DNA of 64,000 nucleotides from Candidatus Multivoradales bacterium (GTDB lineage Bacteria; Acidobacteriota; Thermoanaerobaculia; Multivoradales; JAHEKO01): positions 896,001-960,000 of the forward strand of contig CBDFIJ010000004.1 of assembly GCA_965248055.1 (NCBI GenBank), in the 5' to 3' direction. The position numbers and the translations under genes are program-made. This document shows, piece after piece, positions 18,389 through 28,585 of this stretch (positions are counted from its first letter, which is position 1; each line of letters starts with the position of its first letter). The notes below the pieces were generated by a model. The model was not told the DNA's origin and ran no database searches. It saw only the letters and a list, made by a program, of their open reading frames with translations.

Positions 18389-19758
18389 TCCAGGTAACCA
18401 AGCGCCCTCAACTGCTCAAGATCCTCCGCTTCCAGACTCGGCGGCGGTAGCTCATCGGACAGCGCCAAGCCCTGTTGCACCTGCCGTACCCAACGCGCCA
18501 AGTCGTCCCCCGGAGAACTCTTGGGGGCGACCAAGTTAATTTCCTCTTGCGGATCATCGGTCAGGTCATAGAGGCGGTGGACATCTGAGGGCAAACGCAC
18601 AATCTCCTTACGCCCGCCTTCGATCCTCGCCAACTCCAGCAAGCCGTTCTGACGCACTCGCTCACGGTTCTCGTCGTTCTTCACCGCACCGCGATGCGAC
18701 TGAAAGTAGGTCACTCGGTCAGACGCACTGGGCGCAGCTTGGCCAAGCAGCTCGGGGGCCCAGTTCCAGCCGCCAAACAGCTCCGCCCCATCGACCTTCA
18801 GCAAGCTCAGCAAAGTTGCGGGCAAGTCGATATTGAGCGATGGATCAGCGATCACTCCGGGCTTGATCTTGCCGTCCCAAGTAATCGCCATCGGCACCCT
18901 GAGTGTGGCGTCATAGACGTGCCGACCGTGCCCGGTGTAGCCGTGCTCGCCCAAGCTCTCGCCGTGATCGGCGACAAACACGATCAACAACTCTCGGTCT
19001 TGCCCCAGCGCCCGAATCCAATTCACCATCGCCCCGATGCGATCGTCGGCAAAGGCAATCTCTGTGTCATAGCGGTTGCCCTTCGAACGAGCATCGTCCC
19101 CTTCAATCCCCATGCGCGCAGCAAACTGCGGCCAATACTGATAGGGACCATGCGGTTCTACGTAGTGCAGCCACAAGAAATAGGGTCGTGCTGAGTCCTC
19201 TGCCTGATAAGCCCGCAGCCATCGTTTGCCCGCTTGATTGACATCGTCGGCGTTGGATTCCGAGGCAAACACCAGCCAACGCTTGCGCTCCAACACCGGG
19301 AAGTAGTCCTCGAAGTGCTCCCCTAGTCCTGAAATCTTGTCGCGCAAAGTCCAATTGGCGACAAAAGCAGCGGTGCGGTAGCCGCGTCGTTTGAGCAGCT
19401 TGGGCAACGATGGCAGATCTTTGCGCATCGCCACTCCGTTTCTGGTGGCACCGTGTTCATGGGGGTGCAACCCAGTGAGCATCGAGGTCAATGCCGGAGC
19501 GGTTAACGGCTCCACCGTTCGAGCATCAGAAAAACGCACGCCTTCATCCATTAATTGATCAATAAATGGACTGGTGATGCGCGAGTAGCCGTAAGATGCC
19601 AAACGGTCCGCGCGCAAGGTATCGACGGAAATCAACAGTACGTTGGGAGCGCGCTCGGCCGCGGCGAGCGGTGGCGAAACACCCAGTGCAACGATCTGCA
19701 ATAGCAGTAGCACGACAACCCCGAAGTACAGCCCGATCCCTCTTTGATCCCTATCCAT
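18385..19758 (-). CDS. Exported sulfatase-like / alkaline phosphatase superfamily hydrolase
   Basis: PNVLLISVDTLRAD, WLHYVEPH, VADHGE, LYDL..DP.E and LRALGY. Start taken at ATG 19758, before the signal peptide. Confidence 0.85.
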   Translation of the reverse strand: MDRDQRGIGLYFGVVVLLLLQIVALGVSPPLAAAERAPNVLLISVDTLRADRLASYGYSRITSPFIDQLMDEGVRFSDARTVEPLTAPALTSMLTGLHPHEHGATRNGVAMRKDLPSLPKLLKRRGYRTAAFVANWTLRDKISGLGEHFEDYFPVLERKRWLVFASESNADDVNQAGKRWLRAYQAEDSARPYFLWLHYVEPHGPYQYWPQFAARMGIEGDDARSKGNRYDTEIAFADDRIGAMVNWIRALGQDRELLIVFVADHGESLGEHGYTGHGRHVYDATLRVPMAITWDGKIKPGVIADPSLNIDLPATLLSLLKVDGAELFGGWNWAPELLGQAAPSASDRVTYFQSHRGAVKNDENRERVRQNGLLELARIEGGRKEIVRLPSDVHRLYDLTDDPQEEINLVAPKSSPGDDLARWVRQVQQGLALSDELPPPSLEAEDLEQLRALGYLD

Positions 19759-20119
19759 CAACCGAAACCTCCAAGACTTGATCGGCGGCGCGCTGCGCAG
19801 CCGATCCAAACAAAGAATTGCCTCGACCACCAACCAGACGGCCGCGACGAGCGGCATTCAAGCCAACCAGGGATAACACCGTCCGCTTTCATGCCCTTGA
19901 CCCCAATGGCCTATCGTCGAGCTGAAAGCCCTCGGTCGAAAGCAATCGAAAGTAGACTCGATAGCCGAGCGCGTAAGTCAGTAGACGGGCTGCTGTATCC
20001 AGAATAACCATGACTTGTAATTTTGGAATTCAGGCCCATCGCGGCCAAAGCCCTAGCAGCCAAGGATAGCGAGCCTGGGCGCTGGATCAAAGACTCTGCC
20101 TCTGGCTCGCCTGGCCAAG

Positions 20120-21154
20120 CTATCCGCCGATGTAGGACATCTCCACCCGCGGCTCCCTGGTCGTTGACTCTGAAGGCCCGATACCAATCAACTCAGCGCG
20201 TTGTTCGGAGTAGCGATCCACCCGCTGACGCCAGACGGTATCGATTAGATCCCTTAGCTCTTGATCCGACACCCCAGTTCGTAGCGGAGCTCGTAAGTCA
20301 ATCCCTGCGCTGGCAAACAGACAGGTGTAAAGCACCCCGTTGGCCGCCAGCCGAGCGCGCGTACAGTCTTGGCAAAACGGCTCGGTCACCGACGCAATGA
20401 CTCCGATCTCGCCCCCGCCTTCCAGCCGGTAGCGACTGGCGACCTCCCCAGGCCGCGTCGCCGGCAACCGCTCCAGCGCGTATCTCAACTCAATGTACTG
20501 GCGCATCTCGGCTGCCGAAACCACCATCTCCGGTTGCCAGCCGTTAGTTGATCCCACGTCCATGAATTCGATCAACCGGACAATCACTCCCTCGCCGGCC
20601 AGTCGATTGATGATCGGCACAATTTGCTGGTCGTTGACCCCGCGCACCACGGTCACGTTGACCTTCACCGGGGTCAACCCCTCGGTCACCGCCCGCTCAA
20701 TGCCCAAAAGCAGCCGATCAATGTCCACCTTGGTGTCAGCCGCCGACACGGCGATCTCTGGGTCGAGAGCGTCCAAGCTCACAGTCACTCGATCCAAGCC
20801 TGCTGCAGCAAGTTCCTGCGCCGCCTCAGCCAACAGCACGCCGTTGGTGGTCAACGCCAGATCCAGATCGGGATGATTGCGGCGCAGCGCGGTGATCAAA
20901 TGAGGTAAGTCCCGGCGCAACAGCGGCTCGCCGCCGGTAATCCGCACTTTGTCGACTCCGAGCGAGACGAACAGGTTCACTACCGCGCTGATCTCCTCGT
21001 AACTGAGAATCTCCGAGCGCCTGAGAAACATCGCCTCGTCGCCGTAGACCTCGCGCGGCATGCAATACGGGCAGCGCAAGTTACATCGATCGGTGACCGA
21101 CACCCGAAGATCCGTCAATCGGCGACCGAGCCGGTCGCGCGCTGGGGTATTCAT
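20120..21154 (-). CDS. moaA: GTP 3',8-cyclase MoaA
   Basis: DLRVSVTDRCNLRCPYCMP, RITGGEPLLR, FCQDCTRAR and C-terminal MSYIGG. Likely start is MNTPARD at 21154. Confidence 0.95.
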   Translation of the reverse strand: MNTPARDRLGRRLTDLRVSVTDRCNLRCPYCMPREVYGDEAMFLRRSEILSYEEISAVVNLFVSLGVDKVRITGGEPLLRRDLPHLITALRRNHPDLDLALTTNGVLLAEAAQELAAAGLDRVTVSLDALDPEIAVSAADTKVDIDRLLLGIERAVTEGLTPVKVNVTVVRGVNDQQIVPIINRLAGEGVIVRLIEFMDVGSTNGWQPEMVVSAAEMRQYIELRYALERLPATRPGEVASRYRLEGGGEIGVIASVTEPFCQDCTRARLAANGVLYTCLFASAGIDLRAPLRTGVSDQELRDLIDTVWRQRVDRYSEQRAELIGIGPSESTTREPRVEMSYIGG

Positions 21155-21192
21155 CGTAATAGGAGTCGAGCTAGAGGAGCTGCTTGTCCGCT

Positions 21193-21687
21193 CTAGCTTG
21201 GTTGCGACGGGTCGGGGCTCGCCAGCACCGCCTCTTTCTGGGATTGGCGATAATCGACAATATTGGCGGCTAAGACGTCCGAAGAACTCGCCAGAATCTG
21301 CACCGCGAAGATCGCCGCGTTGATCGCACCCGCTTTGCCGATGGCAAAGGTGGCGACCGGCACGCCTTTGGGCATCTGTACCATCGATAGCAGCGAGTCC
21401 AGCCCGTCCAACGACCAGGCCTGAATCGGCACGCCCAAGACCGGCCGTGGAGTCAGAGCCGCGACCGCCCCAGGAAGCGCAGCCGCACCGCCTGCACCGG
21501 CAATGAACACTTGGCAACCGCTGGCTTCCTGTTGTCGAATGAAGTCTGCCAGCTCGTCGGGAGTCCGGTGTGCCGACAGCACTCGAACCTCGGCGTCGAC
21601 GCCGAGACTGCGTAGGGTTTCGCGGCAATGTTCCATGGTGCTCCAATCGGAGCTAGAACCCATGACAATGGTGACGGGTGCGCTCAT
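21193..21687 (-). CDS. purE: N5-CAIR mutase PurE
   Basis: MGSSSDW, SAHRTP, AGAGGAAALPG, VQMPKGVPVAT. Confidence 0.95.
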   Translation of the reverse strand: MSAPVTIVMGSSSDWSTMEHCRETLRSLGVDAEVRVLSAHRTPDELADFIRQQEASGCQVFIAGAGGAAALPGAVAALTPRPVLGVPIQAWSLDGLDSLLSMVQMPKGVPVATFAIGKAGAINAAIFAVQILASSSDVLAANIVDYRQSQKEAVLASPDPSQPS

Positions 21688-21714
21688 AGCGTCAAATCTA
21701 GCACGAGCGTGAGC

Positions 21715-23055
21715 TCAGCCAGTTGGGCTTTCGGAGTCGAACGACTCGCGGGTAATCACCTTGGCGAGAAGAATTAGACCGACCAGATTGGGCAGCGCCA
21801 TCAGTCCATTCATCAGATCAGAAAGCGTCCAGACGAACCCCAACGAACGCACCGTGCCGACGAAAATCGCGACCACAAAGAGCATGCGATAGGGAGTCAC
21901 GGCGCGTCCTCCAAGCAAATATTCGAGGCACTTCTCACCGTAGTAGCTCCAGCCGAGAATGGTTGAAAAGGCAAACATGGATAGCGACACCGCGACCACC
22001 ACGCCACCGATTCCACCCATGCCAGCGGTAAACGCCTCTTGGGTCATCGCAACACCCTCGGCTCCTCCACTCCAGGCGCCCGTAACCAACAAAGCGAGCC
22101 CGGTCAGAGTGCAGACCACCAAGGTGTCGATGAAGGTCTGAGTCATGGAGACCAGAGCCTGAGTTTTTGGCGTTCGAGTCTGGGCAGCAGCAGCGGCGAT
22201 CCCGGCCGAACCGAGGCCGGACTCATTGGAGAAAATCCCGCGGGCGACCCCATAGCGAAGTGCCGACCCGGCCGCACCGCCTACCGCTGCGGACCCGGTG
22301 AAAGCGCTGGAAAACACCAACGACAGGGCTTCTGGAATGCGCTCGGCAAAGGCGACGAGTACCCAAAGACAACCCGCCATGTAGAGCAAGATCATCACCG
22401 GAACCAAGACTCCGGTAACCCGGCCAATCGAACGAATGCCACCAAACAAGACCGCTCCGGCGATCACCGCCAACACCACTCCGGTGATCCATGGCTTGAC
22501 GCCAAACGCGCCATCAATCGCCGAAGCCACCGAGTTGGATTGAACCATGTTGCCGATACCAAAAGCGGCAATCGCACCAAAGATCGCGAACGCTACAGCC
22601 AGGACCTTGCCGAAGGATCCGCCGACACCGCGCTCCAGGTAATACATCGGGCCACCGGATTGCTCACCGTCCTCATCCGTCTTGCGGTACTTCACCGACA
22701 GCAGCGCCTCCGAGTACTTGGTCGCCATGCCAAACAAACCAGTCATCCACATCCAAAACAGGGCCCCAGGACCGCCCAGGGAAATCGCGGTGGCGACGCC
22801 GACGATATTGCCGGTTCCGACGGTCGCAGCCAACGCCGTCATCAGCGCCTGAAAATGGGAGATGTCTCCCTCAGCTCCTTCTTCCCGGCGAACGATCAAC
22901 CCTAGGTAAAGAGCCTTCCCCAATTGGGTGAACTGGATGCCATGCAGCCGTAGAGTCAGGAAGACTCCTGTGGCCAGTAACAACGGAATCAACAAATACG
23001 GGCCCCAGACAAAAGACGAGGCACTGCCAATCCAACGTTCAAACAGCTCAATCAT
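21715..23055 (-). CDS. Sodium:alanine/glycine symporter (AGCS family)
   Basis: [39 protein letters not shown]. Confidence 0.92.
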   Translation of the reverse strand: MIELFERWIGSASSFVWGPYLLIPLLLATGVFLTLRLHGIQFTQLGKALYLGLIVRREEGAEGDISHFQALMTALAATVGTGNIVGVATAISLGGPGALFWMWMTGLFGMATKYSEALLSVKYRKTDEDGEQSGGPMYYLERGVGGSFGKVLAVAFAIFGAIAAFGIGNMVQSNSVASAIDGAFGVKPWITGVVLAVIAGAVLFGGIRSIGRVTGVLVPVMILLYMAGCLWVLVAFAERIPEALSLVFSSAFTGSAAVGGAAGSALRYGVARGIFSNESGLGSAGIAAAAAQTRTPKTQALVSMTQTFIDTLVVCTLTGLALLVTGAWSGGAEGVAMTQEAFTAGMGGIGGVVVAVSLSMFAFSTILGWSYYGEKCLEYLLGGRAVTPYRMLFVVAIFVGTVRSLGFVWTLSDLMNGLMALPNLVGLILLAKVITRESFDSESPTG

Positions 23056-23108
23056 GGTTTTTGCCTTTCGTTGCTACGGGTGTTAACAGGCGTCAGGAAA
23101 ACGCATTT

Positions 23109-23522
23109 CTAAAAATTGAACAACTCGTCAAAGGCCGACTTGGTATCGGTACCACGTTTGGATTCACTCTCTGACTCAATGGCTTGCCGAGCCTCAAACG
23201 AGCTGCATTGGTTGGCCTTGGCTTTATTGGCCACCGGCTCGACTGCCTCTACCCGACATTCGTTGACCGCGGCCGTATCAAAATGTCGACAATGAGTGCA
23301 GGTGTGCAGATCGGTTCCGCAGCCGTCGCACACCGCGGTGTTGTCTCCAGTCTTGACCTCAGCGTGCGCGCCACAGTCTCGGCAGCGGAAAACACTGCTT
23401 CCGGGAGCTCCCAACCCGCGTCCCCGGGGCGCCTCGCCTCGTTCTCGACGCACCCCAGGCTCACGGCGGCTCTCACCAGCATCGTCATCTTGGTAACCCG
23501 GTTGTCGGTATTTTTGACTCAT
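23109..23522 (-). CDS. Hypothetical Cys-rich (zinc ribbon-like) protein
   Basis: CRDC, CDGC, CTHC and two further Cys. Confidence 0.7.
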   Translation of the reverse strand: MSQKYRQPGYQDDDAGESRREPGVRRERGEAPRGRGLGAPGSSVFRCRDCGAHAEVKTGDNTAVCDGCGTDLHTCTHCRHFDTAAVNECRVEAVEPVANKAKANQCSSFEARQAIESESESKRGTDTKSAFDELFNF

Positions 23523-23604
23523 CGCACTGTGATTCTACTTACTGCCATTCTATTTAGTGGGATTCTACGCACAACTCGCTCGCGCCACCGTCGATCGGTT
23601 CCGC

Positions 23605-24606
23605 TTAGGCTGAAAGAGTCAAGGTGGAGCATTCGAAAACCCGTTCTGCCGGAAGCCGCGATTCGAGCTGAAAACGGCACCACTGCAACATCTCGGTTTC
23701 CAGACTCCGGTCGAAACCGAGCCCGTCGTCATGGGCCGAGAATTCCTGAGCAAGAAACGGATCGTCGGGATAGAGCTTTTCCAGATTGCGCAGAAAGGGT
23801 TTCGGCATGCGAAAGCTACCGAAGGAAACCGAATGGATCGATTCTCCCGAGAGCGTGGCGAACACCTGATCAAACAAGGCCGCGTAGTGCTTCTGGTAGT
23901 CAACAGTCCAAATCAGGGGATCAAATCGCAGCCCAAGCGGCCAGCCACGCTCCGCCAATCCGGCCAGGGTCGTCAGCCGCTTTTCGACAGTCGGGACCCC
24001 CGGCTCCAAAGCGTCGGAGTCGGGCTGCGGGGTAAAACTCATCGCCACCACGCAGTTGGCGATCGCTTCTCGTTCCATCAGCGCCTGTAGCTGCACACTC
24101 TTGGTCCGCAGCTCAAGAAACGCTTGGGGTCGTGCCGAAAAAAAATCCAGTGCATCATCGACGAACCCAGTCAAACGATCCAGCGCCAGGCTGTCGCAGT
24201 CGTAGCCGGAGAAGAAACATACTGAGTCCTGTCCCTGGCAAGCGGCATCAATTTCTGTGGTGAACTCATCCCAATTGACGAACAGCACGTAGTGAGCGGA
24301 TCGAAACATGCCCTGCAGGAAACAGTAGCGACAGTCGTAGAGACAGTTCAGTAGATGGGAAAAGTAAAAATTACGCTGGTGACCAATAGCGTAGATCGGC
24401 GGCGCGGGCAGCACCTTGCGGCCAAATTTGCGCGCCAGAATCAGCGCAGGTTGTTGTTTCTGCAACCGAAAATCTTGACGCTTGCGGTTGAGAATCTCGC
24501 CATATCGGTCGATCGAAATCACCCGGGCGCGGGGTAGCTTGGCTAAGATTCTCCGGGTGCGCGGATACTCGGCAACCTCGCGCTCCAGGTAGATGGTCTC
24601 AATCAT
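23605..24606 (-). CDS. Spore photoproduct lyase-family radical SAM protein
   Basis: CxxxCxxC in NCLYDCRYCFLQGMF, DSLALD, LELRTKS, GLRFDP. Confidence 0.85.
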   Translation of the reverse strand: MIETIYLEREVAEYPRTRRILAKLPRARVISIDRYGEILNRKRQDFRLQKQQPALILARKFGRKVLPAPPIYAIGHQRNFYFSHLLNCLYDCRYCFLQGMFRSAHYVLFVNWDEFTTEIDAACQGQDSVCFFSGYDCDSLALDRLTGFVDDALDFFSARPQAFLELRTKSVQLQALMEREAIANCVVAMSFTPQPDSDALEPGVPTVEKRLTTLAGLAERGWPLGLRFDPLIWTVDYQKHYAALFDQVFATLSGESIHSVSFGSFRMPKPFLRNLEKLYPDDPFLAQEFSAHDDGLGFDRSLETEMLQWCRFQLESRLPAERVFECSTLTLSA

Positions 24607-25409
24607 CCAGCCGACTCCGAATCACCATCTCGACTCAGTGCCTCACGAAGTTGCGCCAAGGCTGCGCGGGCTGAATCTGCATTCAATTCCTCGGGCTGCG
24701 GGGTCTCGATTTCCAGAGCGCGGATCCGTTCTAGAGCCCTTTGCAATTGGACTTGCTGGCTCGCGGTAAAGCGCCAGCGATCCTGAAAGGCTGCGACCAA
24801 CGACCGATCCGGTCGGCGAGAACGCACCGACTTCGCCACCTCGGCGAGCCTCTCGACCCACTCAACCAGGAACGAGGTGTGCTCGGCCATGGCCCGCTCG
24901 ATGACCCCGGCGTCCAATTGATCGATCCCTTGCTCCGGCCCATCAACTCGCACTTTGATTACCTGCACCCGTTCCAACGAAACAAGCTTGAGTGCTTCTG
25001 GATAAAACCCCGCCGCCTCCATGTCATAGAGCACCGGTTCCGGATAGCGTGTCTCGGGCTGGGCAACGGTCCTGACCTCGCCGGTCGCTTGATCCACCGG
25101 AAACGGAAACTGGGGAAACCAAGAATCGCCTTCGTCCGTGCTCACTCGATGGGCGACGACTAATTCACCGATCTCGCCGATACCACCAGCACAGCCGACG
25201 TTGAGCCAACAGGTCGCGCGATCTGCCTGCGCCGACAGCCGCCTCACCGCGGATTGAGCGTTGATCATCCCAACTCCGCTGATCGCGAGCGCAACCCCAT
25301 CTTTGGCGAAGACCCGCTCCCCGCTGGACTCCAGCCCCAGTTGCTGAATCAAGGGACGCCCTTCGCAGCGCAAGGCACACACCACGCCGACATCAAGAAA
25401 CTCGTTCAA
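24603..25409 (-). CDS. Nucleoside phosphorylase / MTA-SAH nucleosidase-like protein
   Basis: CAL..E, SGVGMINA, LNVGCAG, YDMEAAGF. ATGA-coupled to the radical SAM gene. Confidence 0.75.
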   Translation of the reverse strand: MNEFLDVGVVCALRCEGRPLIQQLGLESSGERVFAKDGVALAISGVGMINAQSAVRRLSAQADRATCWLNVGCAGGIGEIGELVVAHRVSTDEGDSWFPQFPFPVDQATGEVRTVAQPETRYPEPVLYDMEAAGFYPEALKLVSLERVQVIKVRVDGPEQGIDQLDAGVIERAMAEHTSFLVEWVERLAEVAKSVRSRRPDRSLVAAFQDRWRFTASQQVQLQRALERIRALEIETPQPEELNADSARAALAQLREALSRDGDSESAG

Positions 25410-26311
25410 CTGCTTGCCACCCTTTGGTCAACCCAGCCTCCTAGCGAGCTGTCAAAAAACAAGACCCAGTGACGCTCCAAGCCCAGCAGGTGTGTGTAGT
25501 GCTGCAGCTTACGGCGGTAGACCTTAGCTACTGCCAGGCCACGCTTCTGAGCTCCCGGAGACAGCACTTCCAGCTTCTCCACTAGGGTCTCCAAGGTTGC
25601 CACTCGATCCCCAGCGCTCAGCGCAGAAATTCGATATGCGTGTTCTAACGCCATCACTCGGTATTGGTCCAAAGCTTCCGTGGTTCGTGACAGTTGGTCG
25701 TCGTGCCCACCGTACTTAACCACCAACGGTTGATCGACAAAGCACACCGGAAGCTGACAGCAGATACGCAGCCACAAGTCGTAATCCTCGCATGCTGGCA
25801 GCGACTCGTTAAACCCACCGACTTCCTCGAACAGAGACCTCTCCAAGATTACGGCCGACGGAGAAATGCAGCACAACGGCAGACAATGCCGGTAGATGAA
25901 ACCGCCCCACTTCTTGTGCCGGTCGCGCGGATTTACCCGGCGGCCATTGCGAATCCAGGTTTCCTCACAATGGCCGATTCGATAGCCCGACTGGTGCATC
26001 GCCTGCAGTTGTACTTCCAGTTTCTCGGGCTGCCATTGGTCGTCGGAGTCGAGAAACGCCAGCCAGTGCGAAGTGGTTGAATCCACTCCGTGGTTGCGTG
26101 CCCGCGATACCCCCCCGTGCTCGATCGCCCCTACACGAACCTCGGGGAATTCTTGTTGAACCGCCTCTGCGGTGTCGTCGGTCGAACCATCGTCGACCAC
26201 CACAATCTCATTTGGGGCCCTAGTTTGAGCGACGACTGACTCGACCGCGCGCAGGGTCCAATCACGACGGTTATAGGTCGGAATAATGACCGCGACAGTC
26301 GGCTCAGTCAT
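25406..26311 (-). CDS. Glycosyltransferase family 2
   Basis: IIPTYNR, VVDDGSTD, SRARNHG, AFLDSDD, EDYDLWLR. Start MTEPTV at 26311. Confidence 0.9.
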   Translation of the reverse strand: MTEPTVAVIIPTYNRRDWTLRAVESVVAQTRAPNEIVVVDDGSTDDTAEAVQQEFPEVRVGAIEHGGVSRARNHGVDSTTSHWLAFLDSDDQWQPEKLEVQLQAMHQSGYRIGHCEETWIRNGRRVNPRDRHKKWGGFIYRHCLPLCCISPSAVILERSLFEEVGGFNESLPACEDYDLWLRICCQLPVCFVDQPLVVKYGGHDDQLSRTTEALDQYRVMALEHAYRISALSAGDRVATLETLVEKLEVLSPGAQKRGLAVAKVYRRKLQHYTHLLGLERHWVLFFDSSLGGWVDQRVASS

Positions 26312-26340
26312 CGTCACAAAGTCGAGAGAAAAGAGACACT

Positions 26341-28191
26341 CTAGAGAGAAATCGAACCCTTGCGAAAGTCGCTGGCGGCTAGCCGGACGTTGACCAACAC
26401 CGCCTCGCCCTGGGCCGCCCAAGCTTTGGCCTGGAGCAACGCTGGGACCAATTCTTCCAAGGTGTTTACCGCCAGCCCTCTGCCACCATAGCCCTCTGCC
26501 ACTCGGTGATAGTCAGTGTGGCGCAGGGCGGTGGCCAAATCGTCACCCAAGATTTCTACTTGCTCGCGGGCAATCTGCGCCCAACTGGCGTCGTTCCCGA
26601 CTACCGCGATCACCCCCAGGCCATGACGACGATAGCTATCGAACTCAGAAAGGCTGAAGGCGCTCGACCCATCCCCCCAGATCAACCAGACTTCCGACTC
26701 CGGTCGCACTAATTTGGCACCCAAGGAAAACCCACCGCCGACGCCCAAGGTGCCAAAGGCCCCGGGATCTAGCCAGCTCAAGGGTCCGCGCGGACGCAGG
26801 GTATAGGAAGCGGTGCCGACAAAATCGCCACCGTCGGCCACCACTACGCTGTCGAGGTCGAGGAGTGGATCGAGAGCGCGGAACAAGGCCAGCGGAGTGA
26901 TCCCTGCGCTGCCAGTTGTCTCATTGGCCGTCTCATTGGTCGTCTCACTGGCCTGTTGATCGATTTGCTGCTCCCGTTCGCTCTCCCTCTCACGCAGCAC
27001 ATCGACCCAGGCGTTGCCTTCGCCAGTTGCCCCGGGCCACTGCACCTGTTGCGACAGATCGCACACCGTACGACCGGGGTCCGCTTCAATCAAGATTTGT
27101 GGCGAGCGGTTCTTGCGCCCAGTTTCTGCACTGCGGTGGATCGACACCAGGGTCGCCTTGGCAGCGATCTGGCGCCCGTAGTTGAGTCGAAAATCGCAAA
27201 CCACACCAGCCAGAATTACCAGATCTGCTCGCTTCAAGGCTTCACTGCGTCGATGGCGAAACAAGCGCAAATCGGCTGGCCCCAGAAGACCCCGCGCCAT
27301 CCCAGAGCAATAGCTAGGCACTCCCAGGGTCCGAACCGCCGCCGCAAGATCATGCGCATGTTCGGCCTCGGCCATCGCTCCGCTGCCGATCAACAACACG
27401 GGTCGTTGGGCTTTGCGCACCTTGCGCGCCACCGCCTGCAGTTGTCTCGTGGAGGCCTTGGCCATTCTTGGCAACTCGCAGAGGCCATTTCGCTGCGGGT
27501 CTACACCAGCGAATAGACGTCGCCGGTGCCAGGCGAGATAACCTCGGGTAGCCCGAGCGGACAAAGAGCTTCCTTTGATGGAAGAGGCGAACAACCTAGC
27601 AACTGTCTCTTCGCCATAGAGCAAGTCCACCGGACACTCGACAAACACCGGGCCAGGGACACCGTGCGCCGATCGCCACATTGCTTCCTCCACCGCCGGT
27701 GCCAAATCGCGCACCCGAGATACCGAGGTTTGCCATTTGACGTGCGGCGCCATCAGGGCCAGTTGGTCGATGTCCTGCAACGACCCACGCCCCTTGAGGA
27801 CGGTGGCTGTAGCCCCACCGAGAATCACCACCGGCGATTCCGCCATCTGGGCGTTCTTGACCGCGGTGATGCTGTTAGTCAGACCCGGACCTGCGGTTAC
27901 TGCCGCCACCCCTGGAATACCCGTGAGCCGCGCCACCGCGTCTGCGGCAAACACTGCGTTGCGTTCATCCCGAACGTCGATGACCCGGACCCCATGACGC
28001 TCAGCTTCCACCAGAATCGGAGAAATGTGACCGCCGCAAAGAGTGAACAGAAACGGTACGCCGAAACGCTCGAGAACCTCGGCCACTTGAACTCCCCCGA
28101 GCGGCCTCGATTCCGCGGCACTGGATTTTTCAGACCCAAATTCCGCAGGCTCAGGTTCCGACACACTCTTTCCCAGCGATCCGTCACTCAT
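26341..28191 (-). CDS. Thiamine-diphosphate enzyme, IlvBL/2-hydroxyacyl-CoA lyase (HACL2)-like
   Basis: [39 protein letters not shown]-terminal FRKGSISL. Confidence 0.85.
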   Translation of the reverse strand: MSDGSLGKSVSEPEPAEFGSEKSSAAESRPLGGVQVAEVLERFGVPFLFTLCGGHISPILVEAERHGVRVIDVRDERNAVFAADAVARLTGIPGVAAVTAGPGLTNSITAVKNAQMAESPVVILGGATATVLKGRGSLQDIDQLALMAPHVKWQTSVSRVRDLAPAVEEAMWRSAHGVPGPVFVECPVDLLYGEETVARLFASSIKGSSLSARATRGYLAWHRRRLFAGVDPQRNGLCELPRMAKASTRQLQAVARKVRKAQRPVLLIGSGAMAEAEHAHDLAAAVRTLGVPSYCSGMARGLLGPADLRLFRHRRSEALKRADLVILAGVVCDFRLNYGRQIAAKATLVSIHRSAETGRKNRSPQILIEADPGRTVCDLSQQVQWPGATGEGNAWVDVLRERESEREQQIDQQASETTNETANETTGSAGITPLALFRALDPLLDLDSVVVADGGDFVGTASYTLRPRGPLSWLDPGAFGTLGVGGGFSLGAKLVRPESEVWLIWGDGSSAFSLSEFDSYRRHGLGVIAVVGNDASWAQIAREQVEILGDDLATALRHTDYHRVAEGYGGRGLAVNTLEELVPALLQAKAWAAQGEAVLVNVRLAASDFRKGSISL

Positions 28192-28580
28192 GAGCCCACT
28201 CCCGCCAGCACGTGGCGTTCTAGAACCGCACAACGCATGACGAAACGGGCGACCACCTGGCCCTCACTTTCCACTTCGACCTCCACCTGAGGTCGCCGAG
28301 GGTCCCGGTCACTGGTGGCGCGGGCAATTAACGATTCGCCGACTCTTGTGGGTTTCAGGAAATGGCTATCGGCACCAGCCAGCACCACCCAGGGGTGATT
28401 AACTGCCACCATCGCCGCGTGATCGGCCAGGCCAAAGACAAACCCACCGTGTACCAATTGTTGCTCGTCAACTGCCATCGCTGCGGTGGTTTTTAACACC
28501 ACCACGGCGGTTCCGCCGCCGATCTCGGTCACTCGACCACACAGTTCCTCGGAGATCGCGCGATGGGTGGCTAGGTCCAT
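28188..28580 (-). CDS. PaaI-family hotdog thioesterase
   Basis: LVHGGFVFGLADHAAM, FLKP. Start MDLATH at 28580. Confidence 0.85.
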   Translation of the reverse strand: MDLATHRAISEELCGRVTEIGGGTAVVVLKTTAAMAVDEQQLVHGGFVFGLADHAAMVAVNHPWVVLAGADSHFLKPTRVGESLIARATSDRDPRRPQVEVEVESEGQVVARFVMRCAVLERHVLAGVGS

Positions 28581-28585
28581 AGAGC

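Noticed and set aside
20120-21646. 508-aa ORF suggesting MoaA with a long N-terminal extension
   Set aside because: The extension is an alternative frame over purE (21193..21687); MoaA homology begins at ATG 21154.
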